Source: Planctomycetota bacterium | Lineage (GTDB): Bacteria; Planctomycetota; GCA-002687715; DRQF01 | Length of the DNA: 26,279 nt | Assembly: GCA_027001995.1 (NCBI GenBank) | Contig: JALTLO010000025.1 | Coordinates: 1 to 26,279 of the forward strand | Direction: 5' to 3' | In this document: positions 24,485 to 26,279 of the stretch, in pieces | Layout of the letters: each line of letters begins with the position of its first letter | How positions within the stretch are numbered: the first letter of the stretch is position 1 | Made by a program: the position numbers and the translations under genes | Notes under the pieces: model-generated | Told to the model about the DNA's origin: nothing | The model's input: only the letters and a program-made list of their open reading frames with translations | Database searches by the model: none

Positions 24485-26279
24485 ATGAAATACGTGTACC
24501 AATTTGGTGACGGCTCTGCGGAAGGCAAAGCTGAAATGAAATCCCTTTTGGGAGGCAAAGGTGCGAACCTAGCTGAGATGTCAAATTTAGGAATCCCTGT
24601 TCCTCCCGGGCTCACAATTTCTACCGAAGTCTGCACCTACTACTACCAGCACGATGGCCACTATCCGGCAGAACTCACTGACCAAGTGACGAAAGCTCTT
24701 AAGAAAGTCGAAAAAGAGGTAGGCAAGAGGTTTGGCGACTCCGCCAATCCTCTCTTGGTTTCCGTCCGCAGCGGCGCAGCTATTTCCATGCCTGGCATGA
24801 TGGATACAGTCCTCAACTTGGGGCTCAACGATGAAACCGTTGAAGGTCTGGCGAAGACATCCAACAACGAACGATTCGCTTGGGATTCCTATCGGCGCTT
24901 TGTTCAGATGTATGGCAGCGTTGTCTTAGAAATGAAACCTCAGTCTAAGACCGAAGAAGACCCCTTCGAAGTCATCATCGACAAGCTCAAGAAAAAACGG
25001 CGGGTCAAAGAGGATACCGCTTTGAAAGTCGACGACCTCAAACTTCTGGTCAAGGATTTTAAGAAAGCGATCAAGAAGGCGACCAAAAGAGATTTCCCCA
25101 CGGATCCTATGGAACAACTCTGGGGAGCCATTGGCGCTGTTTTCGGTTCTTGGATGAACGAGCGGGCCATTTCCTATCGCAGCCTCAACAACATCTCAGA
25201 ATCTATCGGCACTGCCGTGAACGTCCAGTCTATGGTCTACGGCAACACCGGTTCCAACAGTGGAACTGGAGTTGCATTCACCCGGGACGCGGCCACGGGA
25301 GAACGGCGATTCTACGGCGAATATCTTATCAACGCCCAAGGTGAAGATGTCGTCGCTGGTACTCGCACGCCGAAACCCATCGTTGAACTGAAAGATGAAA
25401 TGCCCGGGGCCTATGCTGATCTTGAGAAGATCTACAAGTCTTTAGAAAAACACTATCGAGACATGCAGGACTTAGAGTTCACCATTGAAGATGGCAAACT
25501 CTGGCTTTTGCAAACAAGAAACGGCAAGCGCACAGGATTCGCGGCTATCAAGATTGCTGTTGACATGGTGAAGGAACGTTTGATCACAAAGGAAGAAGCA
25601 ATCCTCCGGGTTGAACCCTTTGCCTTAGAACAAGTTCTGCGCCCGGTGTTCGACAATCGCGACTACAAACTTGCCTGCAAGAACGCCCGTTTGCTGGCCA
25701 AAGGTCTCAACGCCGGTCCCGGTGCTGCCACGGGCAAAGTCGTCTTTCACGCCGACGATGCTGTGGCCCTGGCGGCAAAAGGCCATCCCGTCATCTTGGT
25801 TCGCATCGAGACATCCCCAGAAGACATTTCGGGTATGGCCGCTGCCGTTGGCATCCTGACCGCCCGAGGAGGTATGACTTCTCACGCTGCGGTGGTAGCT
25901 CGGCAAATGGGCAAGACCTGCGTCGCTGGCTGCGCCGTACTCAAGATTGACTACAAGACCGGTAGCATGCGTGTCGGTGGGAAGACGATCAAAAAAGGCG
26001 ACATGATTTCCTTGGACGGATCCACTGGAGAAGTTCTTTTGGGTGAGATCAAAACCGTTCCGTCAGAGATCGCTCGCGTCCTCGTTGACCGAAAACTAAA
26101 ACCAGAGAAGTCTGAGATTTTCCAGGCCTACAAGAAGCTCATGGGCTGGGCAGACAAGATTCGACGCATGCGCGTTCGCACCAACGCTGACCAACCGGAC
26201 CAAGCCAAAGTCGCCGTCGCTTTCGGGGCCCAGGGAATTGGACTTTGCCGCACGGAACACATGTTCTTCGGCGAGAAGA
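24485..26279 (+). CDS. ppdK: Pyruvate, phosphate dikinase, 5' part (runs off the window end)
   Basis: Not in the ORF track. MKYVYQF...[47 protein letters not shown], phospho-His motif [12 protein letters not shown] (about 25870-25900), and [12 protein letters not shown] at the edge. Confidence 0.98.
   Translation, partial: MKYVYQFGDGSAEGKAEMKSLLGGKGANLAEMSNLGIPVPPGLTISTEVCTYYYQHDGHYPAELTDQVTKALKKVEKEVGKRFGDSANPLLVSVRSGAAISMPGMMDTVLNLGLNDETVEGLAKTSNNERFAWDSYRRFVQMYGSVVLEMKPQSKTEEDPFEVIIDKLKKKRRVKEDTALKVDDLKLLVKDFKKAIKKATKRDFPTDPMEQLWGAIGAVFGSWMNERAISYRSLNNISESIGTAVNVQSMVYGNTGSNSGTGVAFTRDAATGERRFYGEYLINAQGEDVVAGTRTPKPIVELKDEMPGAYADLEKIYKSLEKHYRDMQDLEFTIEDGKLWLLQTRNGKRTGFAAIKIAVDMVKERLITKEEAILRVEPFALEQVLRPVFDNRDYKLACKNARLLAKGLNAGPGAATGKVVFHADDAVALAAKGHPVILVRIETSPEDISGMAAAVGILTARGGMTSHAAVVARQMGKTCVAGCAVLKIDYKTGSMRVGGKTIKKGDMISLDGSTGEVLLGEIKTVPSEIARVLVDRKLKPEKSEIFQAYKKLMGWADKIRRMRVRTNADQPDQAKVAVAFGAQGIGLCRTEHMFFGEK

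Noticed and set aside
1..26279. CRISPR arrays, tandem repeats, IS elements, tRNA or rRNA genes
   Set aside because: None seen in any intergenic segment, and the coding regions are accounted for by intact genes.

Overview
Ordinary bacterial chromosomal DNA at roughly 50-55% GC by eye. The gene complement suggests a Planctomycetota-like organism (inference). I found no IS, prophage, CRISPR array, tRNA or rRNA. Left to right: the start of a complex I operon (nuoA-B-C-D, minus strand, nuoD cut by the window edge); a LysM L,D-transpeptidase; a divergent outer-membrane porin plus monoheme cytochrome c pair behind a Fur-box-like operator; a 6S RNA and the RNase P RNA lying tail-to-tail (both absent from the ORF track); a minus-strand run of OmpA/MotB-like lipoprotein, FGE-domain protein, rsmA, dnaG, rpoD, C4 zinc-ribbon protein, PaaK/CapK-like ligase and rnpB; a type IV pilus motor cluster (pilB, pilT, pilB, pilC) followed by an orphan sensor kinase, a small exported protein and a membrane-anchored HTH protein; and a divergent lipoprotein-ppdK unit (ppdK cut by the edge). 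Best leads: (1) the putative Fur-controlled porin + cytochrome c module, (2) a DnaG primase ending in an SSB-C-terminus-like tail (GFDDDDMF), (3) 6S RNA clustered with rnpB and rpoD, and (4) two PilB paralogues, one with altered acidic ATPase motifs. All family calls come from motif recognition by eye; no searches were run.
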